Position numbers and translations under genes: made by a program. Shown here piece by piece: positions 34,813 to 43,909 of a DNA stretch of 64,000 bases. The notes beneath the pieces are model-generated. The model ran no database searches. It was not told the origin of the DNA and saw nothing but the letters and a program-made list of their open reading frames with translations. Within the stretch, counting starts at the first letter, position 1. The number at the start of each line of letters is the position of its first letter. Origin of the DNA: a bacterium (lineage in GTDB: Bacteria; 4484-113; JAFGCY01); the NCBI GenBank assembly GCA_041395205.1, contig JAWLAZ010000002.1, forward strand, positions 119,589 to 183,588, in the 5' to 3' direction.

Positions 34813-35985
34813 ATGGAATTCGGTTACACCGAAGAGCAGAGCATGGTACGTGAGACGGTGCGCGACTTCGCCGAGAGCGAACTCGCCCCGGGCGCGCTGC
34901 AGCGTGACAAGGACAAGCAGTTCGCACGCGCGCAGTGGGAGAAGTACTGCGAGCTGGGCTTCGCCGGGATGACCGTTCCCGAGGAGTACGGCGGCACCGA
35001 GCTGGACAGCGTGAGCGAGGCAATCGTGATCGAGGAGCTGAGCCGCGTGGATGCCAGCTTCGGCGTGCTCGTGGCCGTGCATTCCGGTCTGACCGGCAAG
35101 ACCCTCAACAACTGGGCGACCCCGGAGCAGAAGGCGAAGGTGCTGCCGCAGATGGCCAGCGGTGAATGGATCGCGGCCTATTCCCTCAGTGAGGCCGGCA
35201 GCGGCAGTGATGCGATGGCGATGTCCTGCGAGGCGAAGCTCGATGGCGATGCCTGGGTGCTGAACGGCACCAAGCTCTGGGTCACCAACGGCAGCGTCGC
35301 CAGCGTGTTCATCATCTTCGCGGTCAGCCATCCCGATGCCGAGCGCTCCAGCCAGCGGATCACGGCCTTCATTGTGCCGCGTGATGCCGAGGGTTTCAGT
35401 GTCAGCAAGACCGAGGACAAGCTCGGGATCCGTGCCAGCGACACGGCGGAGATCGTGCTGAAGGACGTGCGCGTGCCGCGCGACATGGTGCTCGGGCCCG
35501 AGGGCCAGGGTGCCAAGGTGGCCTACAACGCCCTCGACGTCAGCCGCATCGGCATTGCCAGCCAGGCACTGGGCATCGCCCAGGGAGCCTTCGACTTCGC
35601 GCTGCAGTATGCCCAGGAGCGCGAGACCTTCGGCAAGCCGATCATCGAGCACCAGACCATCGGCAACTACCTCGCGGACATGGCAACGCGGATCGATGCC
35701 GCCCGCCTGCTGGTCTACCGTGCCGCCTGGATGAGCAGCCAGGGCATGGTGCACACCAAGGAAAGCAGCATGGCCAAGCTCTATGCCGGCGATACCGCGG
35801 TCTGGGTCACGGACAAGGCCGTGCAGATCCTCGGCGGTTATGGCTACACCACTGACTTCCCGGTGGAGCGCTTCTTCCGTGATGCCAAGATCACGCAGAT
35901 CTATGAAGGAACGAATGAGATCCAGCGCCTCGTGATCGCCCGCGCCCTGAAGGGCGTTGTCAAGGGAGTTGCCAAGGGCAGCTAG
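34813..35985 (+). CDS. acyl-CoA dehydrogenase (short/medium-chain type)
   Basis: 390 aa. Contains MEFGYTEEQSMVRETVRDFAE, AAYSLSEAGSGSDA, WVTNG, and QILGGYGYTTDFPVERFFRDAKITQIYEGTNEIQ (catalytic Glu context). GGGAGG Shine-Dalgarno upstream. Confidence 0.9.
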   Translation: MEFGYTEEQSMVRETVRDFAESELAPGALQRDKDKQFARAQWEKYCELGFAGMTVPEEYGGTELDSVSEAIVIEELSRVDASFGVLVAVHSGLTGKTLNNWATPEQKAKVLPQMASGEWIAAYSLSEAGSGSDAMAMSCEAKLDGDAWVLNGTKLWVTNGSVASVFIIFAVSHPDAERSSQRITAFIVPRDAEGFSVSKTEDKLGIRASDTAEIVLKDVRVPRDMVLGPEGQGAKVAYNALDVSRIGIASQALGIAQGAFDFALQYAQERETFGKPIIEHQTIGNYLADMATRIDAARLLVYRAAWMSSQGMVHTKESSMAKLYAGDTAVWVTDKAVQILGGYGYTTDFPVERFFRDAKITQIYEGTNEIQRLVIARALKGVVKGVAKGS

Positions 35986-36018
35986 GCTGGACCGCTCCCG
36001 GAGCGGAAGGAATCTCCG

Positions 36019-37254
36019 ATGGGATTTCCACGACTGCTGATGAGTCTCTGCGCCTGTCTGACAGGACTGGCACTCTGCGCCTGCCCTGCACGGAATGGAT
36101 CCGGCAGGCTCGAAGTGCTGTATCAGGCACCGGAGGGCCGGGAATGGCGCGGCTGCTACCCCTATCCCGGCGGCGGCTTCCTGCTGTGCCGCGAGGACCG
36201 CGTGCAGCATGGCAGCATTTCGCGCCTGGATGAGGCAGGCAAGGAGATCTGGCACTGCGGACTGACGGCCACGGCGGAACTGCAGGTGCTGCACATTGAC
36301 GACGCGGGCTCCATCTACGTGACATCCGGCGAGCATGGCCTGGAGGTGATCAGTGCGGAGGGCGGGAAGCTGTGGTCGGCACTGCACCTCCTGCCGACGC
36401 CGGAGCCGGACTGGCTGGGAGCAGCCGCTGAGCCGAAGTTCATGATCTGCGCCGATGAACTGCAGTGCCGGGATGCCAGCGGCAAGCTGCTCTGGACCCA
36501 GGAACACAAGGGCCACAGCAGGCATCTGGCGGTTGACAGGCAGGCCGATGGCTCTGTGAGACTGTACTATTCAGGTACGGAGCAACGCCCGGATGCCGCG
36601 GATGGCAACGTGGAGATCGTGCACCTGCTGCTGGACGGCGATGGCAACATCCTGGATTCCGGCAGCCGCTTTCAATCCGAAGGCCGCTGGAGTTTCAGCT
36701 ATACGGGGCGTTTCCGCCTGCCTGGTGACGGACGGGTGTTCATGCTGCGTGACAACATGGTGTTCGAGCTGTTGCCTGGTGAGGGAATGCAGGTCTTCAT
36801 CCAGCTCAGTGACAATGAGGAGTACAAGCGGATGTTCCTTGAAGGCGACATGTATCTCACGCCGGAGGGCAACTACCTGTTCGCCACCAACAACTGCAGC
36901 TTGCAGACCAGCAGCCTTGATCTGCTGGAGTACAGCCCGCAAGGCGAGCTGCTGCATGCCCACATCCTGCATACCTGGGACATCGGCAGTGAAGCCGGTG
37001 TGGCCCTGGACGGCCTCGCTTACTACGACATGTACAGCCGGCTGTGCTACTTCTATGTCGAGGCATCCCTGCATGCCATGCGTGGCAGCATCCGCGTGAC
37101 GGACCTAACCGGCAAGGTGCTTGCCGAATATCCCGCCGGGAAGCTGCCCATCACCCGCTTCTTCCGTGAGGACAGCGGCACCATCGTTGCTCAGCGCCTG
37201 GATGGCACGCTGCTGAGGATCCCGCGTCCGGAGCCGGCGGAAGTTAACGATTGA
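36019..37254 (+). CDS. lipoprotein, PQQ-like beta-propeller repeats (BamB-like), paralogue 1
   Basis: 411 aa. Lipobox LTGLALCAC. Contains repeats of the type DEAGKEIWHCG...DDAGSIYVTS...ISAEGGKLWS. Collinear with the next gene. Confidence 0.65.
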   Translation: MGFPRLLMSLCACLTGLALCACPARNGSGRLEVLYQAPEGREWRGCYPYPGGGFLLCREDRVQHGSISRLDEAGKEIWHCGLTATAELQVLHIDDAGSIYVTSGEHGLEVISAEGGKLWSALHLLPTPEPDWLGAAAEPKFMICADELQCRDASGKLLWTQEHKGHSRHLAVDRQADGSVRLYYSGTEQRPDAADGNVEIVHLLLDGDGNILDSGSRFQSEGRWSFSYTGRFRLPGDGRVFMLRDNMVFELLPGEGMQVFIQLSDNEEYKRMFLEGDMYLTPEGNYLFATNNCSLQTSSLDLLEYSPQGELLHAHILHTWDIGSEAGVALDGLAYYDMYSRLCYFYVEASLHAMRGSIRVTDLTGKVLAEYPAGKLPITRFFREDSGTIVAQRLDGTLLRIPRPEPAEVND

Positions 37255-37278
37255 TTCCACCGGTGCTAGGATCAGCGC

Positions 37279-38517
37279 ATGCGCTGCTATTCCTGCCTTG
37301 CTTATCTGCTGCTGCTGCCGCTGCTGAGCGGCTGTCCCACTGACAAAAGCGGCAAGCCGCCCGCCGCCCGCCGCGCCACGGAAGCGCTGTCTCCCGAGAT
37401 CAAGGTGGTGCTCGATCTGGCCTACGAGGAGGGCCGCAACAACAACAGCTTCCCCCACCCCTCCGGCGGGTTCATCGTCTGCAGCGCAGGGGGCGGCCTG
37501 CAGGCTGCCGTGGCCCGCCGCGACGAAACCGGAAAGGTACTCTGGACCTGCGGCGTGGAGGGCAACATGGCCACCGCGCTGCTGCACGTTGACGACGCCG
37601 GCAGGATCTACGTGATTTCCGAGACTGAGGAACTGTTCGTGATCTCGGAGGAAGGCGAGCTGCTGTGGAGCATGCCGAAGATCCGCCACTGGCCCACCCC
37701 GGACAACTTCGGCAATGGAGATGACAACATCTACCTGCTGATCAATGAGGAACTGAAGTGCCTGGACCGGAACGGCAAGGTGATCTGGAACCGGACCAGG
37801 CTCGGCCGCTCCCAGACCCTGCTCGTTGACAGGCAGGAGCGGGAGAAGCCCCTGCTCTACTATGCCGCACTGGAACCGACGCAGGACATCCGCTACGGCG
37901 GGCGGCTGATCATCCGGATGTGCATGGACAGCCAGGGCGAGGGGATCTGGCGCAGGCAGCAGAAGGTGCGTGAGACCGCCTACACGAGCTTCTTCCCCGG
38001 GGCACTGGCCATGCTCGAGGACCGCAGCCTCGTAGTCCTGCTGAGCGATTCCGTGTTCAGCCTGGATGGCAAGGGCGAGGCCACGGCCCTGCTGGATGAG
38101 GAGGAACCGGCCGCTGAGGGTGCCGCTTCCCTCGTCGGCGCGGAGGCCCACCGCCTGGAGAATGGCAACATCCTGATCTGCAACAACAACCAGCGCCTGC
38201 GCAGCGGGGCGATGCGCATCCTCGAGCTCAGCCCGGCAGGAGAGAAGCTCAGCGACGTGACAATCGACGGCACCAGCGCCGGCTTCCTGAACAGCGGCGT
38301 CGGCAGTGCCTGGTATGACCTGCAGAGCGACCGGGTCTACCTGTTCCTGGAACGTGTGCAGGGCATCGGCAAGGGCCGGATCGCCGTGCTGGACCGCAAA
38401 GGCACGAAGCTCGCGGAATATGAAAGCGGCTTCGGTTACATCACCTTCTTCCAGAAGCGCAGTGACGGCCGGGTCCTGGCTCATCGCGAGGGTGGCGACC
38501 TGCTGCTGCTTCCCTAG
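37279..38517 (+). CDS. lipoprotein, PQQ-like beta-propeller repeats (BamB-like), paralogue 2
   Basis: 412 aa. Lipobox LLPLLSGC. Contains RRDETGKVLWTCG...DDAGRIYVIS...ISEEGELLWS...LDRNGKVIWN. TAGGAT lies 6 nt upstream of the ATG. Confidence 0.65.
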   Translation: MRCYSCLAYLLLLPLLSGCPTDKSGKPPAARRATEALSPEIKVVLDLAYEEGRNNNSFPHPSGGFIVCSAGGGLQAAVARRDETGKVLWTCGVEGNMATALLHVDDAGRIYVISETEELFVISEEGELLWSMPKIRHWPTPDNFGNGDDNIYLLINEELKCLDRNGKVIWNRTRLGRSQTLLVDRQEREKPLLYYAALEPTQDIRYGGRLIIRMCMDSQGEGIWRRQQKVRETAYTSFFPGALAMLEDRSLVVLLSDSVFSLDGKGEATALLDEEEPAAEGAASLVGAEAHRLENGNILICNNNQRLRSGAMRILELSPAGEKLSDVTIDGTSAGFLNSGVGSAWYDLQSDRVYLFLERVQGIGKGRIAVLDRKGTKLAEYESGFGYITFFQKRSDGRVLAHREGGDLLLLP

Positions 38518-38549
38518 AAAACGAAACGGGCCGCCCTGCAGGGCGGCCC
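38518..38549 (-). terminator. rho-independent terminator of the giant PKD gene (between convergent genes)
   Basis: GGGCCGCCC-tgca-GGGCGGCCC (38528-38549). On the reverse strand it is followed by GTTTCGTTTTC. Confidence 0.75.
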
Positions 38550-38573
38550 AGTGCTGATGCTTCAGCGGAGTGA

Positions 38574-41500
38574 CTACGGCGCGGGCACGTAGATCGCAAT
38601 CTTCAGCTGCGAATTCGTGACGTCGTAGTAGGCGATCACCGGGCTGCCGTTGAGCAGGGTCATGTTGGCGAACTTGCCGACATCACCGGTGGAGTCAAGC
38701 ACTGCGGTGTTCCAGCTCGTGCCGGTTGCATCCGTGGCCGTGGCGAACTTCAGATCACCGTTGCCACCGTCGTAGTAGGCGATCACGGGCACGCCGTCAA
38801 CCACGGAGAGGGTCGTCCACTGGCCGTTGCCGGTACCGGAATCGATCACCACGGGGGTGTTCCAGCCCGCGCCGTTGGCGTCGGAAGCACGGCTGTAGCG
38901 CAGCTGGTTGAGGGCGAAGGCCTGGTAGCTGGCCGCCGGGTTGCCGGAGACAGTGTGCAGGCTCGGGTAGCGGCCGCCGGCCGTGGGAGCATCAACCGTC
39001 ACGCTGCTGCCCCAGCTGGAGCCGCCGACGTTGGAGCTGCGCACGAACTTCAGGCCGGTATTGGTGCCGACGTAGTTGAAGAGGATGCCCGGGTTGCCGT
39101 TGATCACGGCGAGATCGGTGAACTCCATCTCCTCACTGCCGATCGCGGGATCGACATCAAGCGGAGTGCCCCAGCTCGTACCGTTGGCAGTGGTTGCTCC
39201 CACGAAGCGCAGCTTGTCCTGGCCGGACTTGATGCCGGAAGCAGCAGGCTTGCCGTCAACGAAGGCCAGCGAGGTGAAGGCACCGGCACCGCCGCCGCCG
39301 TCGATCTCGATGGAGTTGGCCCACCATGTGCTGCCGTCCGTGGCGGTCGCCTGGATGTAATCGAGCTTGCTCTGGGCACGCTTGAAGGTGATGCCCGGGA
39401 AGCCGCCGATGTCAGCCAGGGTGCAGTCATTGCCGACCTGGCCGGTGGTCTGCACCGCGATCGGTGTACCCCAGTTGTAGCCGGTGTTATCCGTCGTGCG
39501 CACGAAATACAGATCGTTGCCGGAGGCATCCTTGTAAGCCAGGCCGAGGCGGGCATTGGCACCCGAGTCAAAGCTGGCGATGGAGACCTTGCTGTCGAGG
39601 CTGACGTTCAGGATCACGTTGCCAGTGCTCCAGCCGCTGGTCACGTCCACATTCACGCTGGCGGTGTCCGTCAGGCCGTCGTCATCGGTGACGCGCACGC
39701 TGATCGTCTTCACGCCCGGCGCGATGTAGGTCGAACCGGTGTTCGGAGTGCTGCCGGTGCTGGTCTCGAAGCTGCCGTTGAAGTCCAGATCCCACTCGTA
39801 GAGCGTGATGCTGCCATCGGGGTCGGAACTGCCACTGGCATCGAAGCTCACGACCAGCGGTGCGGGACCGCTGTTCGGGGTGGCGGTGATGTCAGCCAGC
39901 GGGGGCTCCTGGGCATCGATGCCCGTACCGCCTCCGTCACTGAGGTGCGCCACATCAGTTGCGCCATCATTGTCGGTGACGCGCACCGCGGCATCGAAGC
40001 TGCCGCCGACGGTGTACTCGAAGGAGGTCGTCGGGCTGGTGCCGGAGTTCTCGTCCCAGATGCCGTCGCCGTCGAAGTCCCACTCATAGCTGACGATCGT
40101 GCCGTCACTGTCAGTGGAGGCGCTGGCGTCGAAGTTGACGGTCAGCGGCAGAGCACCTGAGAGCGGGCTGGCGGAGATCGCGGCGACCGGCGGGTCGTTG
40201 ATGTCGATGCCGGTGCCGAGGCCGTTCTCGCTCAGGCTCTCGGTGTCGGTCGCGCCGTCATCATCGGTGACGCGCACCACGGCGTCAAAGACACCGGCGG
40301 TGGTGTACTCGAAGGAAGTGGTGGCAGTGGTACCGGTGTTGAGGTCCCAGTTGCCATCGCCGTCAAAGTCCCACTCGTAGCTGACGATCGTGCCGTCGCT
40401 GTCGGTGGAGCCGCTGGCGTCGAAGTTGACGGTCAGCGGCAGGGTGCCGGAGAGCGGGCTGGCGGTGATGTCGGCCACGGGCGGGTCGTTGGCACCGATG
40501 GTGCCGCCGCCGTTGTCACTGAGATGTGCAATGTCGGTCGCGCCGTCGTCATCCGTGACACGTACCGCCGGGTCGAAGTCACCGGAGGTGGTGTACTCGA
40601 AGGAGGTGGTGCCGGTGCTGCCGGTATTGGCATCCCAGCTGCCGTCGCCATCGAAGTCCCATTCGTAAGTGACGATCGTGCCGTCACTGTCGGTGGAGCC
40701 GCTGGCATCAAAGTTGACGGTCAGCGGCAGCGCTCCTGACAGCGGGCTGGCCGTGATGTCGGCGACGGGCGGATCATTGATGTCGATGCCGCTGCCGAGG
40801 CCGTTCTCGCTCAGGCTCTCGGTGTCGGTTGCGCCAAGGTCGTCAGTGACGCGCACCACGGCGTCAAACACGCCGGCGGTGGTGTACTCGAAGGAGGTGG
40901 TCGCCGTGGAACCGGTGTCGAGGTCCCAGCTGCCGTCACCGTCGAAGTCCCACTCGTACTTGACGATCGTGCCGTCGCTGTCAGTGGAGGCGCTGGCATC
41001 AAAGCTGACGGTCAGCGGCAGGGTGCCGGACAGCGGGCTGCCGGTGATGTCAGCCACCGGCGGATCATTGAGGTCGATGATGCCGCCGCCGTTCTCGCTG
41101 AGATGCGCGATGCCGGTGGCGCCGTCGTCATCGGTGACACGCACGGCCGGGTCGAAGTTGCCGGCGGTGGTGTACTCGAAGGAGGTGGTGGCGGTGGTAC
41201 CCGTGTCCAGGTCCCAGCTGCCGTCACCGTCGAAGTCCCACTCGAACTTGACGATCGTGCCGTCGCTGTCGGAGGAAGCGCTGGCATCGAAGTCCACGGT
41301 CAGGGGCAGCGTGCCGGAGAGCGGGCTGCCGGTGATCACCGCGGTCGGGGCGGCGTTGATGGTGATCGTGCCGCCACCGTTCTCGGAGAGGCTGGCGACA
41401 TCGGAGGCACCGTCGTCATCGGTGACGCGCACTGCCGGATCGAAGCTGCCGCTCGTGGTGTACTCGAAGGAGGTGGTGGCGGTGGTACCAGTGTCCAGGT

Positions 41501-43592
41501 CCCAGCTGCCATCGCCGTCGAAGTCCCACTCGTAGCTGACGATCGTGCCGTCCACGTCGCTGGAGGCGCTGGCATCGAAGTTGATTGTCAGGGGCAGGTT
41601 GCCGCTGAGGGTATCAGCGCTGATCGCCGCCGAGGGGGCGATGTTGACGGTGATGCCACCGCCGACGGTCTCGCTGATGCTGGCGGTGTCGGTGGCACCC
41701 TTGTTGTCAGTGACACGCACGGCCGGGTCGAAGGTCCCGCCAGCGGTGTATGTGAAGCTGGTGGTCGCAGTGGTGCCGGTGCTGCTCTCGAAGGTGCCGT
41801 CACCCTCGAAGTCCCACTCGTAGAGCACGATGCTGCCATCGAGATCGGAGGAACCGCTGGCGTCGAAGTTGACGGTCAGGGGCAGCGTGCCGCTCAGGGT
41901 GTCGGCGGCGATGTCGGCCACGGGCGCGCGGTTGACATCGAGGGTGCTGCCGCCGCTCTCGGTGAGACTGGCGGTGTCCACGGCGCCGTCGTCATCGGTG
42001 ACGCGCACCACGGGGTCATAGGTCCCGGCGTTGCTGTAGACGAAGCCGGCGCTGGGGCTGGTGCCCGTGTTGCTGTCGAAGGTGCCGTCGCCGTCGAAGT
42101 CCCACTCGTAGAGCACGATCGTACCGTCGGTGTCGAAGGAAGCGCTGGCATCGAAGTTCACGGCCAGCGGCAGCTCACCGGAGCTGACGTCAGCGGAGAT
42201 GGAGGCCGTGGGGGCCAGGTTGGCCTGCTCGGTCGGGGTGATGCCGACGCTCGCGCTGGACTTCAGGTTGAAGCTGTTGCTCACACGCACGCTGACATTC
42301 ACGAGGCCGGTGGCGTTGTAGGTGAACTGCGCGGTGCTGCTGCCCTGCGCCAGGTCCTCACCGTTGTCAGCCTCATTGAAGGTGCCGTCGCCGTCCAGGT
42401 CCCACTCGTAGTCAACGATGCTGCTGGAGGGAGCCACGGAGGCGGAAGCATCGAAGTTGACCGTGAGCGGCACTTCGCCGGTGGTCACATCAGCCTGCAG
42501 GTCAGCCGTGGGCAGGGGAATGCCGACGGCGCCGTAGGCGGCGATGTTGGAGGGGGTACCCTCGAGGAAGTTGTCGGTCGGACGCACCCAGTAGTAGGCA
42601 TCGGGGTCAGTCGTGCCGACGTCGAAGGCGAAGCGCAGGCGCTCGGTGAAGCGGCTGCCGCTGGCCTCCTCGTACAGGACCTGGCCCACGCGGCTGATGG
42701 TGCTCGGGGCATCATTGGCAGCCGGGTAGTCATTCTGGTCGAGGGTCTTGTAGACGTTGTAGGCCAGCACGCGGTTGCGGAAGTTCACACCGATCGGGGT
42801 GATGTCCGCGATGTTGATCTCATCGTTGCCGTCGCCGTCAATCACATCGTCAATGTCGAAGTAGCTGAACGGTCCGCCCTTGAGCAGGCGGGTGGCGATC
42901 GGGGTCAGATCCGCGACGTTGGTCTCGAGGTTCTGGTCGTAGTCACCGACGCTGGCATACCCCCAGCTCAGCTGGTGGTTCTCCTCGTCGGCGATCAGCA
43001 CCGCGGCACTGCCGGCGGTCGTCGGCGTGGTGCGGGTGCCGCGCAGCAGGGTCGCGGGCTCGCGCATGAAGCGCAGCTCGGCGAGGGTGGCACTGCCGCT
43101 GAAGCCATCCTGGTTGAGGGGATCGATCAGCACCTGGCCATGCTGCACCAGACCGCGGGTCTGCATGAAGGTCGCGGTGAGCATGTCCTCGGGCTGTCCG
43201 AAGCGGGAAGCCACGTCCACCCCGATCGGGGAGAACTCATTGGCATCATAGAGCACCTGGAAGTACAGCGCACGAAGCTGTTCGGCGTTCTCAGCATTGA
43301 TCCTGAGCGTCACAGTGGCGCTTCCCTCGACGACTTCCATGCTCAGGTCGGCATGGTCCTCTTCGCTCAGGAAGCTTTCAGGCAGGACGGAGAATTCGAA
43401 GTCACTGACTTCCTTCTCGGCCTCGCCAACGGGCAGGGAGACGGAAGGGCTCGAATTCAGGGCCGGAGCATTCGTGGTGTTCTCAACCACAGGTGCCAGC
43501 CCGTTGTTCACTCCCCCGCCGCCGCCGCAGCCTGCCACCACTGAAATGATCAGGGCAGCACAAAGACTACGCGTAAGCGCATCCAGTTTCAT
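38574..43592 (-). CDS. 1672-aa surface lipoprotein: cohesin-like and dockerin-like modules, 10 PKD domains, C-terminal Asp-box (BNR-like) beta-propeller
   Basis: Lipobox IISVVAGCGGGGG. aa ~62-180 are cohesin-like. aa ~216-272 hold two Ca-loop repeats (DYDQNLETNVADLTPI and DGDGNDEINIADITPI). Ten units carry LPLTVNFDAS.S.D.DGTIV.YEWDFDGDG...VRVTDDDGA. The tail has 6-7 blades with ATDGSTWW, TANGTSWG, NVGGSSWG, DANGAGWN and DATGTSWN. GAGGA Shine-Dalgarno upstream. Confidence 0.9.
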   Translation of the reverse strand: MKLDALTRSLCAALIISVVAGCGGGGGVNNGLAPVVENTTNAPALNSSPSVSLPVGEAEKEVSDFEFSVLPESFLSEEDHADLSMEVVEGSATVTLRINAENAEQLRALYFQVLYDANEFSPIGVDVASRFGQPEDMLTATFMQTRGLVQHGQVLIDPLNQDGFSGSATLAELRFMREPATLLRGTRTTPTTAGSAAVLIADEENHQLSWGYASVGDYDQNLETNVADLTPIATRLLKGGPFSYFDIDDVIDGDGNDEINIADITPIGVNFRNRVLAYNVYKTLDQNDYPAANDAPSTISRVGQVLYEEASGSRFTERLRFAFDVGTTDPDAYYWVRPTDNFLEGTPSNIAAYGAVGIPLPTADLQADVTTGEVPLTVNFDASASVAPSSSIVDYEWDLDGDGTFNEADNGEDLAQGSSTAQFTYNATGLVNVSVRVSNSFNLKSSASVGITPTEQANLAPTASISADVSSGELPLAVNFDASASFDTDGTIVLYEWDFDGDGTFDSNTGTSPSAGFVYSNAGTYDPVVRVTDDDGAVDTASLTESGGSTLDVNRAPVADIAADTLSGTLPLTVNFDASGSSDLDGSIVLYEWDFEGDGTFESSTGTTATTSFTYTAGGTFDPAVRVTDNKGATDTASISETVGGGITVNIAPSAAISADTLSGNLPLTINFDASASSDVDGTIVSYEWDFDGDGSWDLDTGTTATTSFEYTTSGSFDPAVRVTDDDGASDVASLSENGGGTITINAAPTAVITGSPLSGTLPLTVDFDASASSDSDGTIVKFEWDFDGDGSWDLDTGTTATTSFEYTTAGNFDPAVRVTDDDGATGIAHLSENGGGIIDLNDPPVADITGSPLSGTLPLTVSFDASASTDSDGTIVKYEWDFDGDGSWDLDTGSTATTSFEYTTAGVFDAVVRVTDDLGATDTESLSENGLGSGIDINDPPVADITASPLSGALPLTVNFDASGSTDSDGTIVTYEWDFDGDGSWDANTGSTGTTSFEYTTSGDFDPAVRVTDDDGATDIAHLSDNGGGTIGANDPPVADITASPLSGTLPLTVNFDASGSTDSDGTIVSYEWDFDGDGNWDLNTGTTATTSFEYTTAGVFDAVVRVTDDDGATDTESLSENGLGTGIDINDPPVAAISASPLSGALPLTVNFDASASTDSDGTIVSYEWDFDGDGIWDENSGTSPTTSFEYTVGGSFDAAVRVTDNDGATDVAHLSDGGGTGIDAQEPPLADITATPNSGPAPLVVSFDASGSSDPDGSITLYEWDLDFNGSFETSTGSTPNTGSTYIAPGVKTISVRVTDDDGLTDTASVNVDVTSGWSTGNVILNVSLDSKVSIASFDSGANARLGLAYKDASGNDLYFVRTTDNTGYNWGTPIAVQTTGQVGNDCTLADIGGFPGITFKRAQSKLDYIQATATDGSTWWANSIEIDGGGGAGAFTSLAFVDGKPAASGIKSGQDKLRFVGATTANGTSWGTPLDVDPAIGSEEMEFTDLAVINGNPGILFNYVGTNTGLKFVRSSNVGGSSWGSSVTVDAPTAGGRYPSLHTVSGNPAASYQAFALNQLRYSRASDANGAGWNTPVVIDSGTGNGQWTTLSVVDGVPVIAYYDGGNGDLKFATATDATGTSWNTAVLDSTGDVGKFANMTLLNGSPVIAYYDVTNSQLKIAIYVPAP
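39639..42515 (-). repeat. in-frame tandem array of 10 PKD-domain coding units (~288-291 bp each)
   Basis: Periodicity is visible in the protein and in the shadow ORFs starting at 40099, 40390 and 40669. Units two periods apart share long identical DNA runs. For example, gccgttctcgctcaggctctcggtgtcggt occurs at 40221-40250 and again at 40800-40829. Confidence 0.9.
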
Positions 43593-43909
43593 GAGTCAGT
43601 CCTCACAACCACATGGTGTAATTTCTTGGGCTGAATTGAATATTAGAAACTAAATATCAGCCAAATCAAATCGTCTTCCAGGCAGGACGATTCGTCTCAT
43701 TTTCCCGCAGGAAATCGCTTTGTAAACCCTCCTTAATCCGAGTTTAATTAACTCAGGGAAAAATTGGCAAATTCCATACGGCAAGTCAGCTATTCGATGC
43801 AGAGGCTTCATGCAGGTTACAGACCGGTTCATGCTGAGTCCTGAAAAGGGGACCCTTGCAGTCTCAATTCGTATTGCCGGTCTGTCACTGCCTGTATAAT
43901 TCAGGCGCC

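Noticed and set aside
39639-42515. A regular ~290-bp DNA periodicity that could be mistaken for a repeat array such as CRISPR or satellite DNA.
   Set aside because: The period is far too long for CRISPR. There is no repeat/spacer alternation, and the whole array is one open reading frame encoding PKD domains.
41103-43544. Very long ORFs antisense to real genes: 41103..43544(+), 38955..40160(+), 9904..11187(+), 19429..20805(-), 20821..21819(-), 5781..6899(-), 34681..36525(-), 43922..45124(-), 58245..59621(-), 37105..38484(-), 15847..17037(+), 27481..28743(+), 32798..34210(+).
   Set aside because: Their translations are low-complexity and Ala/Gly/Arg/Pro/His-rich, with no recognisable motifs. 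The opposite strand encodes clearly recognisable proteins in every case. Stop-poor antisense frames are expected at this GC content.
43650-43832. The 60-aa ORF on the reverse strand upstream of the giant gene, considered as a stand-alone protein gene.
   Set aside because: It has no ribosome-binding site at a suitable distance and AT-rich, atypical codon usage, with no recognisable features. It is kept only as a possible uORF within the leader finding.
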